Position numbers and translations under genes: made by a program | Notes under the pieces: generated by a model | Database searches by the model: none | Told to the model about the DNA's origin: nothing | Seen by the model: only the letters and a program-made list of their open reading frames with translations | Part shown: positions 9,507 to 19,771 of the stretch, in pieces | How the letters are laid out: every line of letters begins with the position of its first letter | Position numbering within the stretch: position 1 is the first letter of the stretch | Assembly: GCA_038065495.1 (NCBI GenBank) | Contig: JBBTQW010000002.1 | Coordinates: 261,373-325,372, forward strand | Direction: 5' to 3' | From: Patescibacteria group bacterium | GTDB lineage: Bacteria > Patescibacteriota > Minisyncoccia > Phycocordibacterales > JACOZG01 | Length of the DNA: 64,000 nucleotides

Positions 9507-10667
9507 TCAACTCTGGCCGCGAGATCCGCGCAAGTCACTAATCAGCCTGTCGATTGACTCCTGCACCGACAAGACGGAGATAGACAACACTTGCCGGAGA
9601 GCTTCTTCTTGATTATATGATCTAGCATTTAAAATCGAAAGTTCTGCTCTAACCCTACCGGGAGGCAAAACATTGCGATGAATAAACCCGCGCGGTGGTT
9701 GCACGCGTTCGTCCACCGGGCCAACAATATTTATGGTTGGGATATCAAATGCTTCCGCAATATAAATCGGCCCGGTATCGACACTGATAAACAGATTAAC
9801 TTTCGAGATAAAGGCCTTCAACTCATCAAGATCAAATCGACCAACTGTATTTATTATCGCCACTTTTTTCTTAGAGTGCCCGATTAATTCTTTTGCTTTT
9901 TCGTTGTCTCCCTTACCACCGGTGATGATTATTTTTGCATTATATTTCTCAACCAGATAATCAGCCACCGTGGCAAAACGTTCCGTCGGCCACTCCTTTA
10001 TTTTATTCCCCGCCGATGGTGATATTGCCACTACAAAATCTCTTTTAAAGTTAATATTTTCGTCAACAAAAAACTGTTCTGTTTTTTTATTAGCCCACTC
10101 AGAAAATCCAAGTTGTTTCTTGGTATCTTCGGAAAAAACGCCCAGGGACTCAAGGGCTCTGAGCCTTTCTCGAGGAGCGTACTCTCCGATCTGATAGGGA
10201 AAAGTGCACATGAGATGCCGAAGAATTCTGTATGGCCACGTCTCGGCTGGGGAAAAACCGCCTTGCACCACCGGCACCACTACGAGAGGAATGCCGGCCA
10301 AGTATAATAAAGCGGCAGAAACAAACGATGGTCCAGTAACTAATGCCGCATCAGCATGAGACTCTCCGGTACGCGCTACCGCTCGCGGCTCTTCCAGATC
10401 AAGATACTCGTCCACCAGGCCACTGTCCGCAAAGAGCGGCCGATGAAGCTTGCTTGTGCCCGCCACAATTAGCCGCGCCCCTGGCAAGTGCGCCCGGACA
10501 GCACGCAAGACTGGCGTAACGCAGACTACATCGCCTAGTTTTCCTGTCGGCACTACGATAATTCTGGAGACTTGAATGGGAGGCCTGTTAGCCTTACCAG
10601 AAATCAAAGCCCGAAGCAGACAGCCGAGCAAAAGCAAAAACCGGTAAGTTCTGCTCGAGCGCCTCAT
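9507..10667 (-). CDS. GT9-family glycosyltransferase (heptosyltransferase-like).
   Basis: KLGDVVCVTPVLRAVR near the N-terminus and FISVDTGPIYIAEAFDIPTINIVGP near the C-terminus match the GT9 RLGDV.../VGNDSGPMHLAAA... signatures. Confidence 0.65.
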   Translation of the reverse strand: MRRSSRTYRFLLLLGCLLRALISGKANRPPIQVSRIIVVPTGKLGDVVCVTPVLRAVRAHLPGARLIVAGTSKLHRPLFADSGLVDEYLDLEEPRAVARTGESHADAALVTGPSFVSAALLYLAGIPLVVVPVVQGGFSPAETWPYRILRHLMCTFPYQIGEYAPRERLRALESLGVFSEDTKKQLGFSEWANKKTEQFFVDENINFKRDFVVAISPSAGNKIKEWPTERFATVADYLVEKYNAKIIITGGKGDNEKAKELIGHSKKKVAIINTVGRFDLDELKAFISKVNLFISVDTGPIYIAEAFDIPTINIVGPVDERVQPPRGFIHRNVLPPGRVRAELSILNARSYNQEEALRQVLSISVLSVQESIDRLISDLRGSRGQS

Positions 10668-11839
10668 GTTGATCGCTTAATGAAACTCGCGATATTGGCA
10701 CCGCGACTCTCCCAAGTATATTTGTTTTTAGTAACCATTGCTTGAGCCGCTAGCCTATTCCCCAGTTCACCGTCATCGTAAATCTCCAGAATCGCCTTAG
10801 CCCAGCCACTTGCATTATTTTCGCCAACAATCAGTGCGTCTAGATTATTAGTTAAAACTTCCTCAATACACTCTGCCCGACCAGCAATAATCGGCCGACG
10901 AGCGGCCAGCGCCGGGAACATCTTGGCCGGAGAATCACCAATTAAATCTTTTTTTCGCTTCGGAATGAGGACCACATCAAAGGCCTGAAGGTAGTTTGGA
11001 ATTACGCTTCTCTCCTGCCAAGGCACAATGATAACACGACTAGACACATCAAATTCTCTAGCAATCTGCCGCAGCCACTCCGCATTGCCGCTAATCTCTC
11101 CTACAATCACCGCAGAAACATCAACTGGCAAATCAGCAAGACTTCTCACAATATCGTCCACCTCATAATAATCATTATTAGGGTTAGCCCCTATCACGCC
11201 AGTATAACCTACCAAAAAAGCATTCTGTGGTAACGACAACTGTTGCCGTAGCGTCTCTCTGTTTTTAGAATAATCAAACCAAGAGTCTTCAGCAGCGCTG
11301 CAAAGTGAGACGAGAATATTATTATTGGCCTTCTGGTAATAATTTTTAAGTCCCGAACTAATTGCCACTACGCCATCGGCCCACTGCACCGCCAGCTTAT
11401 TAAACCACTGCTTCGATCGTCGTTCCAAAACTGAGTGAATCTCAAAAAAAACTTTTTTTCGCAAAACAAGTTTGACCCACAAAGCTGCAAAAACTAGTGT
11501 GGAATCCCGAAAATACAGAGCATTAAATTTTCTGGCTTGAGCTGACAAAAAAAACATCAAGCTAACGTTGGCTGAGAAAAATGCTATCAGCTCATACCAT
11601 TTTTTGCCAGAACAAGGAGAAGTTGTATCCGTTGCCCCCAAACACGTTACTAAAAATGGTCGGAGAACCGCCATTCTCTCAAAGAAGGCTGCATCGCTTA
11701 CTACTTTTTTATTAGTAGTCACAAGCCTGACTCTCAAATCCTGCTCAGCATTGAGGGCCTCACAAGTTTTAGCCAGATTATAAACATTAGTTCTACCAGA
11801 CAAAAGATTAGCTCGTGAAATATGGATGATATCAGTCAT
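10664..11839 (-). CDS. GT4-family glycosyltransferase.
   Basis: GT-B C-terminal domain: VGYTGVIGANPN...VVLIPKRKKDLIGDSPAKMFPALAARRPIIAG. 391 aa. Confidence 0.6.
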   Translation of the reverse strand: MTDIIHISRANLLSGRTNVYNLAKTCEALNAEQDLRVRLVTTNKKVVSDAAFFERMAVLRPFLVTCLGATDTTSPCSGKKWYELIAFFSANVSLMFFLSAQARKFNALYFRDSTLVFAALWVKLVLRKKVFFEIHSVLERRSKQWFNKLAVQWADGVVAISSGLKNYYQKANNNILVSLCSAAEDSWFDYSKNRETLRQQLSLPQNAFLVGYTGVIGANPNNDYYEVDDIVRSLADLPVDVSAVIVGEISGNAEWLRQIAREFDVSSRVIIVPWQERSVIPNYLQAFDVVLIPKRKKDLIGDSPAKMFPALAARRPIIAGRAECIEEVLTNNLDALIVGENNASGWAKAILEIYDDGELGNRLAAQAMVTKNKYTWESRGANIASFIKRST

Positions 11840-11862
11840 TTATTTATTAAGCACCCGCTCGT

Positions 11863-12777
11863 CTACTTAGCCACAAGAGAGCGGAAACTGTTTACGATCT
11901 CCTCACCGCTCTTCTCTTGGTACGCCTCAAGGTGCATCTTGCGTTGTCTCTCCTGGAGATAATGAACAAACAAGATACTATCATAAGACTCTGGTGCAAT
12001 GCGAGCCCCGATTTTACCAAAATATTGCGGCAAATACCTCTCGCAATTAGTCCGCAATAAACCGATACGGCCTTCGGACTTGAGAAACAAATTAAAAAGA
12101 TCGAAACCAGGCAATTTGCTTATACCTACGTGGTCATAATCAATCAAATTAATCTGCTCTCCGTAAATCAGCACATTATCAAGAGTAAAGTCTCCATGCT
12201 GGACCAATACAGGTAATTTGACATTAGAATCGAAAGCTAGATGCTTGTAATAATTGCTCAACACAAGCGCTGAGTCTCCCGATAATCCTAACGTTTTGAT
12301 TGTCTTATTAGCCAGATCAGTGATATCTCCAGAGCCCCAAGTCTTCTCTGTGCTAGTTGCTAGATGTGATTGCCAGCCAATATATTTCTCAATCACAAGA
12401 GCAGTGTCTCGCTCCAACAACGAGAACTTCACCCCTGGGCAAACGGATTCGAGAGAAAAAACCAAATTATCCTTATCGTGCAGGTAGAGCGGCTTGGCAA
12501 ACATGTCGGCATAGACACTGCCACGCACCCCCTCAGCCAATGACTGAAGATTTGAATAATTATTCCTGATCACCTCGCCCGCGGAATAAGTACGTGTAGT
12601 TTTAGCACAAATCGTTGGTCTTCTTTCTCCCTCTTCAAACACGAACACGAGCACCTTGCTTTCTTCCGCTCCATACTCCGGCTCCGGCGTACTCATCTTC
12701 ATAAACGACAAACTAGAGCCTGGTTTTCGCAACCAGTTAGGATTTTCCCCCATCACTTGTTTAAGCCAGGAAATCAT
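11863..12777 (-). CDS. APH/choline-kinase-like phosphotransferase (protein-kinase fold). Putative sugar or alcohol kinase.
   Basis: Brenner motif VQHGDFTLDNVLIYG followed by INLIDYDHVG. 304 aa. Confidence 0.6.
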   Translation of the reverse strand: MISWLKQVMGENPNWLRKPGSSLSFMKMSTPEPEYGAEESKVLVFVFEEGERRPTICAKTTRTYSAGEVIRNNYSNLQSLAEGVRGSVYADMFAKPLYLHDKDNLVFSLESVCPGVKFSLLERDTALVIEKYIGWQSHLATSTEKTWGSGDITDLANKTIKTLGLSGDSALVLSNYYKHLAFDSNVKLPVLVQHGDFTLDNVLIYGEQINLIDYDHVGISKLPGFDLFNLFLKSEGRIGLLRTNCERYLPQYFGKIGARIAPESYDSILFVHYLQERQRKMHLEAYQEKSGEEIVNSFRSLVAK

Positions 12778-13721
12778 TTTTTAACCACCATGCCAAAGCT
12801 GAAGAAAAAATACCGGTAAACACGAAGCAAGAGCGGCCAGCGCGCCAAGAATCTAGCCACTTTTCTCTTCCAGCCGATAGAAGGCAAGAAAGTTCTAACA
12901 GCATAAGCGAATGCATTGATATTATCATATGGAATCATTAGTCTTGGGAGATTATAGCCCGGATAAGTGAGATAGAAGGTGGTATCAGCAAATCCACCCT
13001 TCTGCAACAATTTATCATAGCCACTTTTGGTATAAGTAAAAGCTTGATAACGTTTACCTCTCCGGAACAAAGTATAAATATTAGCCAACCAACGTGGCAA
13101 GTAACTAGTGAAGCGCAAACCACTATGATCAATGGCACGCAGGTAGGCAAAAGCGAATCGGTTCTCGATGCCAATATAGAGGTGCCCACCGGGTTTCAAT
13201 AATTCGTGGCAAATCTTGAGGCTAGCGATCTGGGCTTCGGAAGGATTGCTAAAACGATCTGTAACACCCACCCACTCCAAGACACCATTCATCACAATCA
13301 GATCGAAACTTTCTCTCTCAAACGGTAAATCAAAAATATCGCCAACGCAAACCTCGATATTGTTCAGATTTTCTTTTTCTGCTCTAAGCTTAAGAAACTT
13401 CATCCGCAAAAAAGAATTATCCACGGCAATTATTTTTTTAACTGCTCTTGCCAAGGGAACACTAATCCGCCCCATACCTGCGCCAATGTCGAGGACAAAA
13501 GACTCGCCAGACAAGGGAACAACAAAACGCCAATCTGCCCGGTTTTCCTCGAACGTGGAATCGAACCTGTCTCGATAGCGCGCCTTAAATTCGTCCCAAC
13601 CCTTTTCTTCTATAATCGCCAATGCTTTTTCTAATTCTTCTTTGGGTGCCTTGCCCCAGTAGCGATCGTCAGAAAAAAAAGGTATGCCCTCGATGACTTT
13701 TACTGGAGCTTTATTATTCAT
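12774..13721 (-). CDS. Class I SAM-dependent methyltransferase.
   Basis: Motif I VLDIGAGMGRISVPLA and an acidic motif II. 315 aa. Confidence 0.7.
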   Translation of the reverse strand: MNNKAPVKVIEGIPFFSDDRYWGKAPKEELEKALAIIEEKGWDEFKARYRDRFDSTFEENRADWRFVVPLSGESFVLDIGAGMGRISVPLARAVKKIIAVDNSFLRMKFLKLRAEKENLNNIEVCVGDIFDLPFERESFDLIVMNGVLEWVGVTDRFSNPSEAQIASLKICHELLKPGGHLYIGIENRFAFAYLRAIDHSGLRFTSYLPRWLANIYTLFRRGKRYQAFTYTKSGYDKLLQKGGFADTTFYLTYPGYNLPRLMIPYDNINAFAYAVRTFLPSIGWKRKVARFLARWPLLLRVYRYFFFSFGMVVKK

Positions 13722-14775
13722 GATTAATATTTTTCTTAAAATAATTGGCTAAGTCATGGGCAAAAATATCGGCCGAGCAAAATTCCTCAGCAAACTCTCT
13801 GGCCGCTCGCCCCAGACGACGACGCAAAGCTTCATCGTTCCACAACAAATTAACTGCCTCTCGCAAAGCTCCCTCACTCCCTTCCGGCACCAACCAACCG
13901 TTCTCACCATGTGTAATATAAGCAGAAACTGTTTCAGTTCTAGTCGCAATGATCGCTTTACCCATTGCCAGAGATTCGACCAAAGTAGAGCAACCCATCG
14001 CATCATTTAGCCCGCCTTGCATGTTTAGTGGCAAGATGACTAATCTCGCGCGTTTGTATTGCTCACGCAGTTCAACTGGCGAAAAGTCATAGCGCTTAAT
14101 GTGCCGTCCTGCTGCACCAAACTTGTTTGGATCCCACTCCCGAGCAGTAATCTTGATCTCTGGAACCAGCCCGTGGGTGGCTCCTGCCAAAGTCCGCAGA
14201 TCACGACCAGGATCACGACCAGGACTTAGAGCAAACTCCTCTTCTTTTAGCTCAAAATCTGGTGTAAAAAATCGAGTATCCACACCCAAATGCAAAAATT
14301 CTATCTTATCCGCAAGCTTGGGAAACATGTCCCTCATGTCCCTTGCTTCTCCCGGAGAAATGGTAATGATTCCGTCTGATCGCCCAACCATAAATTTGAG
14401 TGCCCTCTGCTTCAGTCTCACGCCAGTCCCCATCATACCCTTGAGACCGTAATCGAAGATGACCCAGCGAGGGCGCTTCAGTCCGAGAAACGCTTTGACA
14501 AAAAGGGATCCAAGAGCGGTAGAAGTAAAAACAAAATCGTACTTTCTCATCTTTAAGAAGAGCGGCAAATGAATATAATGCACATTGAGGACCCGAGTAC
14601 GGAGAAAGCGCGCAAACCAAACGGGGACAAACTGCTCTATTTCTAAGTATTCAGCCTTAACACCGTGAGAAGCGAGACGAAATAGGCCAAAGAAGTGACC
14701 ATCATGATCTCGCTTCTGGACAATTTTATCTTCTAGCCCAACACGAACACGATTGAATAAATAAAGTATCTTCAT
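13714..14775 (-). CDS. GT4-family glycosyltransferase.
   Basis: STLVESLAMGKAIIATRTETVSAYITHGENGWLVP matches the GT4 E-x7-E region. Confidence 0.7.
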   Translation of the reverse strand: MKILYLFNRVRVGLEDKIVQKRDHDGHFFGLFRLASHGVKAEYLEIEQFVPVWFARFLRTRVLNVHYIHLPLFLKMRKYDFVFTSTALGSLFVKAFLGLKRPRWVIFDYGLKGMMGTGVRLKQRALKFMVGRSDGIITISPGEARDMRDMFPKLADKIEFLHLGVDTRFFTPDFELKEEEFALSPGRDPGRDLRTLAGATHGLVPEIKITAREWDPNKFGAAGRHIKRYDFSPVELREQYKRARLVILPLNMQGGLNDAMGCSTLVESLAMGKAIIATRTETVSAYITHGENGWLVPEGSEGALREAVNLLWNDEALRRRLGRAAREFAEEFCSADIFAHDLANYFKKNINHE

Positions 14776-15800
14776 GCGGTTAGAAGCAATTTAATCAAGC
14801 TACCCAAATCGTGTTTATTTACTAATTGTAGTATAACGCTGGAAAGATCTTCTGATTTATCTTCAGTTTTTTTGAAAATCTTTTCTAAATAATCAGCAAG
14901 CTCAATGGAGGTAAAATCTCCCGGCAAAACAAAGCTCTCTGGCAATTGATTGTGGAAAAAAGGATTGACCACCAGCGGAATACTACCACAAGCCATCGCC
15001 TCAAAGATCGTCTTATCCATACTCCCGGCAGCGGTTAGATTAACATAAAGCTCGTGCTCGCGATAGAGTTGACGCGCTTGCTCTTGCGTTACCGAGCCGA
15101 TAAATTTAACTCTATCAGTTAGTTCGTATTCCGACACTTTATTTTTAATTTTTCTCTCGTATTCAGTATCTCGAGGCAAAGCCTCGCCGGCAATCGTGGC
15201 AAAAAACTGGACATTAAGCTTTTGCAATTCATTGAGTGCGTCAATAAATATTTCTACTTTCTTGACCGGCGCAATCCGGCCGAGAAATAAGATAGAACTT
15301 GTTTTTTTAATCACCGACGAGTCCGGTGTGAAAAAGTCAGTATTAATCCCAACTGGCATAATTTCTGTTTTGCTAAATTGGGCCGTGTAAGACTGTGGCG
15401 AGGTACAGAAGACTTTATCTGACAAATAAACGGCCAACCGCGTGAAAAAATTTCCTGTTGCATGATTCCGCCACATTGCCACTTTCTTACCCCACAATTT
15501 CCAGAACAAACTTCCCAGCAAAACATACTCCTGATTCATGTGCACGAAAACTCTGTCGTAATTCTTCCGCTCTTGCCAGATATATTTATAAAAATTCTTG
15601 AGATATTTTAGCTTAGACTCGCCATTTTCTTTCCCCAGTGAGAGCACTTTCACATTCGCTGGCAGATTATATCTTCCCCGCTCCAGACAAATTACTGTGA
15701 TAAATTCGCAATGCTTAGCAAATTCCTCAATCCAACGATGGAAAAATCCCAGCACCGGGTTATCCCGATCAACCGCTTGAGTAATAATCAGTAATCTCAT
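14772..15800 (-). CDS. GT4-family glycosyltransferase.
   Basis: SMDKTIFEAMACGSIPLVVNP. 342 aa, ATGA-coupled on both sides. Confidence 0.7.
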   Translation of the reverse strand: MRLLIITQAVDRDNPVLGFFHRWIEEFAKHCEFITVICLERGRYNLPANVKVLSLGKENGESKLKYLKNFYKYIWQERKNYDRVFVHMNQEYVLLGSLFWKLWGKKVAMWRNHATGNFFTRLAVYLSDKVFCTSPQSYTAQFSKTEIMPVGINTDFFTPDSSVIKKTSSILFLGRIAPVKKVEIFIDALNELQKLNVQFFATIAGEALPRDTEYERKIKNKVSEYELTDRVKFIGSVTQEQARQLYREHELYVNLTAAGSMDKTIFEAMACGSIPLVVNPFFHNQLPESFVLPGDFTSIELADYLEKIFKKTEDKSEDLSSVILQLVNKHDLGSLIKLLLTA

Positions 15801-16804
15801 AAATTTTCGATAATCGCCTGCGTGATTTCTCCCACCTGATAGCCGACGATTCTCGTTCCCACTTCCCTTGCTACACCCACATCGGTAGAGATAATTTTAC
15901 AACCAGCGGCTTGCGCCTCCATCAACGTCAAGCCATAGCCCTCAAAGAACGAGGTGAGCAGAAACAGATCAGCCGTTTTGTAATAAGTCGCTAAATTAGT
16001 TTGCCACGGTTCAAAAATTACATTATTCTCGAGCTTTAATTTTTTAACTACAAACTTGAGATTATCTTCTTCTGCGCCAGCACCAACGATAACCAAGCCA
16101 GCTTGCGGTTTTACTTTAATCACCTGCTGCCAAGCCTTCAGCGGCAAGTAGATATTTTTTTCCGGTTCTAATCGGGAAGCGATCAGAGCTATTTTGCTAA
16201 ACTCTGGATATTTCTGATGTAGATCAACCGTAATTTCTGCTTTTTTGATCTTATCAGTATCAACAAAAATTGGTTTAACCGTAATTTTACTTTCTACAAT
16301 TCCCCACTCCCGCACTAGAAAATTTTTAATCCTCTCAGAAACTACGCGAATCTGATCCGCGCGCGGCAGCACAAATTTAGCAATTTTTTTTCTGATTTTA
16401 TTACCAAAAGTATAAGCAAAATACTGACTGCCAATATCCGTGTGCACTTGAATTTCTAAATTAAGAAAATTAATCTTGCGCGCGCAACGCTTGAGCCACC
16501 AGCCGGTGAGACCGGTCAAGAACGGGTCTTGGCACGTCAGATTAGTAATCACCTGTTCGCTAATTATTTTTCCACCCAGCGCGATAGCATCGAAAATATA
16601 GAACCATTTGCTACTAGAATTCGTTGAATAAACGAAACAGTTCTCTGCGATCTTCTCTGGCTTAAAATTAAAATCTCTGGTGGCAAAGACAATAATGTGA
16701 GTTTCGTCACGCTCGCGCGCATAATCAATCTGCCGCGCACGAACGGCGCTGTCTGCTTTAAATAAATTTCTGTCTGTGCTGATAGAAAGTAGCTTGATCA
16801 TGAT
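15797..16804 (-). CDS. GT4-family glycosyltransferase.
   Basis: EGYGLTLMEAQAAGCKIISTDVG. The likely start is MIKLLSIS at 16804. The ORF track gives a longer form, ending at 16867. Confidence 0.65.
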   Translation of the reverse strand: MMIKLLSISTDRNLFKADSAVRARQIDYARERDETHIIVFATRDFNFKPEKIAENCFVYSTNSSSKWFYIFDAIALGGKIISEQVITNLTCQDPFLTGLTGWWLKRCARKINFLNLEIQVHTDIGSQYFAYTFGNKIRKKIAKFVLPRADQIRVVSERIKNFLVREWGIVESKITVKPIFVDTDKIKKAEITVDLHQKYPEFSKIALIASRLEPEKNIYLPLKAWQQVIKVKPQAGLVIVGAGAEEDNLKFVVKKLKLENNVIFEPWQTNLATYYKTADLFLLTSFFEGYGLTLMEAQAAGCKIISTDVGVAREVGTRIVGYQVGEITQAIIENL

Positions 16805-17820
16805 AGAAATTCTGTCGCAATTTCTCGCCAAGTATGCGTAAAAGTAAAACTCTGCGCTCGCCCACAAGCTGTTCTGTAATTTTTAGCATCAGCCAGCCAA
16901 GTAATTTTCTCAGCAATATCTTGCTGATTCTCCGGATCAACCCAGATCACCGCCTCACCCAAGCGCTCCCGCAAACCAGTTTCTTGCGTCAAGATCACCG
17001 GCTTGCTGAATCTGAGCGCATCTAGAACCAGATTAGGGCTGATATCGCCAAGCGACACAAGAATCACCGCATAACAACTTTTTATTTTCTCCAAAAATTG
17101 CTGATAACTCGCATTTTCCAAATCAAGTTTGAGATCTAAACTTGCTAAATTATTTCTGGCTAGAGTAAAAGCTTGCTCTAATTTATCTAAATTCTTCCAC
17201 TTCAACTTTCTCGTCCCGGCAATAAAATTTTTCTGTTTCGCTACTTCTGATTCAGCTTTCTCGCCAAAATAATTCTCTATAATCTTTACTTCACAGTTAA
17301 CTTTGGCATCATCTAACAGATAAGCCCCGCGCCAAATTTCTCTCTGCCAGCTGGTGCTAAAAACTAAAATATCACAATTCCAGACCGTCCACTTGCTTAG
17401 TTTAAAAATAATTTTCTCTTTTAGATTTAACTTAATCTCTCCAGATTTAATCTTTCCGTAAAACTCGCGCAACAAAACCAGATTTCCCGTCCGCTCCACG
17501 TAACCTTCCCAGAGAAAGTCGCCACCAGTTCTGATTATTATTTTCTGATTCAAGATCTTTGCCGCAAGCACACTCGGCCAAGCCACCGAGAAAGTATCTA
17601 AAGCTAAAATAAAATCTGGTCTAAAAAACAAACTCGCAAAAAATACTTTCCAGAAAAAATAAAAGTGCCTGATGCCCGTTGGCAAATAATTTTCTAGTTT
17701 GTAAGTTAGAACTCTCACAGAGTGATTTAGGCTAACAAACTCCTGTTCTAGATTCTTAGCATATTGCGCTGGTCCGCCGATCTGTGGCGGATAAATACCG
17801 GTCGCGATAATTATCTTCAT
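16798..17820 (-). CDS. GT-B glycosyltransferase, GT1/GT4-like.
   Basis: N-terminal MKIIIATGIYPPQIGGPAQYAKNL is a GT-B donor-less N-domain motif. 340 aa and very AT-rich. Confidence 0.55.
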   Translation of the reverse strand: MKIIIATGIYPPQIGGPAQYAKNLEQEFVSLNHSVRVLTYKLENYLPTGIRHFYFFWKVFFASLFFRPDFILALDTFSVAWPSVLAAKILNQKIIIRTGGDFLWEGYVERTGNLVLLREFYGKIKSGEIKLNLKEKIIFKLSKWTVWNCDILVFSTSWQREIWRGAYLLDDAKVNCEVKIIENYFGEKAESEVAKQKNFIAGTRKLKWKNLDKLEQAFTLARNNLASLDLKLDLENASYQQFLEKIKSCYAVILVSLGDISPNLVLDALRFSKPVILTQETGLRERLGEAVIWVDPENQQDIAEKITWLADAKNYRTACGRAQSFTFTHTWREIATEFLS

Positions 17821-18992
17821 GTTGTTAGTTTATAGAAAAGCTCATTAAATTTAACAACCAGTTTGCCCCAGTCATAATTTTCGATCACCAACTTTTTCGC
17901 ATTACTAATTATTTTCTCCACTTCTCGCTGATTTTCTGGCTCCAGAATAAACTTAACTTGTGTGGCAACCGAAGTTGGATTATCAACCTCACAGAGCCAG
18001 CCAGTTTCGTGCTGTTTTAAGAAATCCGGGATACCGCCGACTGGTGTGCCAATTACCGGCAAACCAGCCGCCATGGCCTCCAAGAACGAGTTCCCCAGGC
18101 CCTCCGAGCGCGCTGGCCGAGCGAAAATCGTCGCCTTGGCCAAGTACTGCCCCACCACCGAACTCGCCACCTGGCCCAAAAATGACACTCTGGCGGCCAA
18201 TCCCAGGCTCTCCGCTAGGCTCACCAGACTCGCCTTTTCTGGCCCTTCGCCAACAATCCAGAGCTTAACATCACCGGGCAATAATGCCAGTGCTTTAATC
18301 AAAACATCCACGCCGTTTTTGTAAACTAGTCTCGACGTCGTAATCACTATTTTTTCAAGTTTTTGCTCTTCGCTAACAGCTAACAGCTTAAAGCTATTCA
18401 CATCCACGCCGTTGGGAATGACTGTGACTGGACAGGTTGCGCGCATTTTAGTTCTGGCCCAATTAGCTAGATAATTAGAAATGGCTTGGATGTGATTCGC
18501 GCGAGTAAAAACGCCAAATATTTTTGGCAGGAGCAAGCGCGCGCGATAGGCGAGGCTGTCCAAGTCATCGCCTTCTTGAAGTGTGAGTAAAAACGGAATC
18601 TCTGGATGAGACTTCTTGAACCAAGCACCAGCTATCCCCGCTTGGTTGGCCATGATCGACCAAACTAGATCATATTTTCTTTCGCGCGCTAATTTCTTAG
18701 CCAAACTGGCAGCAAGCCATGGGAAAAGATATTTATTCCCAGAAAGGGGAAAACGCCACAAATCAGCAATATCTGGTTGATTTTTCCCCCAACCAACCCG
18801 ATAGATTGTTAACTTGCCCTTTCGCTCATAAGGAGGAAGTTGGCTGTCAAATCTGATGGTAACCAGGTCAAACTCAAAATTAGACCCCTGACTCTCAATG
18901 GATCTGTCGATCACTTCTTGCATTGCTAGCTCAGCCCCTCCCACCCTCAAAGGAGGTGCCACTAACGAAAAAACTAAGATTCTTTTGGTCAT
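17817..18992 (-). CDS. GT4-family glycosyltransferase.
   Basis: EGLGNSFLEAMAAGLPVIGTPVGGIPDFLKQHETGWL. Confidence 0.75.
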   Translation of the reverse strand: MTKRILVFSLVAPPLRVGGAELAMQEVIDRSIESQGSNFEFDLVTIRFDSQLPPYERKGKLTIYRVGWGKNQPDIADLWRFPLSGNKYLFPWLAASLAKKLARERKYDLVWSIMANQAGIAGAWFKKSHPEIPFLLTLQEGDDLDSLAYRARLLLPKIFGVFTRANHIQAISNYLANWARTKMRATCPVTVIPNGVDVNSFKLLAVSEEQKLEKIVITTSRLVYKNGVDVLIKALALLPGDVKLWIVGEGPEKASLVSLAESLGLAARVSFLGQVASSVVGQYLAKATIFARPARSEGLGNSFLEAMAAGLPVIGTPVGGIPDFLKQHETGWLCEVDNPTSVATQVKFILEPENQREVEKIISNAKKLVIENYDWGKLVVKFNELFYKLTT

Positions 18993-19771
18993 TTCTTAAT
19001 CACTACCACGAGATGACTGGCAACAGGATTAAACCACTGCCGTCCAGAAAAGAGCTGGTCTAATCTCTCTGTCCTACGTGCCAAGAACTCTCCTAACTGG
19101 CGCGACAACATATAGACCGGACGAAGAAAGGGCAACATTGTGCCATAGCATGTCACATTCTGAGTACCAAATTGCTTCTCAAATAAAGTGGTGATGCTAC
19201 CTGGCGTAACAAAGTTGCAATAAACCGGCGCCGGTCTGCGCAATAAATAAGCCGACAACTGCGACACTTTTTGGTATAGGTAAAAGCCGTCAAGCGCCCA
19301 GAAATTTACAAGAGTAACGATGAGGTGGCCGCCAGGGCGCAGCGCTCGCCAACATTCTCTATAACCAGCAATGATCTCTTCGTCCGGCAAATATCTAAAA
19401 ACCTCCATGGCAATCACTGCATCAAAACTATTAGCTTCAAACGGAATCGCTGTCACCGTACCAGCCACAATTGGTATCTGACCATTAGAGTTTAGTTGTG
19501 CAATCTCACGCATCCGCTCGGCCGGTTCAAGACCAACAACTTGGTAACCTTTTTCTTGTAACAAAGCCAGCAAGAAGCCCGTCCCAGAACCCACTTCTAA
19601 GATCTTGGCCCCACGTGGCAGACGCTTCCCCAAGAAAGGCCAGAGCCAGTTGAACAAGCACTTGCGTCCATACAAGAAGGCGTTGTAATGGGGGTTGGAG
19701 GAAAAAAGCCGATAACGCTCGGCGAAAAGTGGTGCGTTCTGATTGTGTACCGCAACCGATTCAGTGGACAT
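18989..19771 (-). CDS. Class I SAM-dependent methyltransferase.
   Basis: ILEVGSGTGFLLALLQEKGYQVVGLEP (motif I). Confidence 0.75.
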   Translation of the reverse strand: MSTESVAVHNQNAPLFAERYRLFSSNPHYNAFLYGRKCLFNWLWPFLGKRLPRGAKILEVGSGTGFLLALLQEKGYQVVGLEPAERMREIAQLNSNGQIPIVAGTVTAIPFEANSFDAVIAMEVFRYLPDEEIIAGYRECWRALRPGGHLIVTLVNFWALDGFYLYQKVSQLSAYLLRRPAPVYCNFVTPGSITTLFEKQFGTQNVTCYGTMLPFLRPVYMLSRQLGEFLARRTERLDQLFSGRQWFNPVASHLVVVIKK

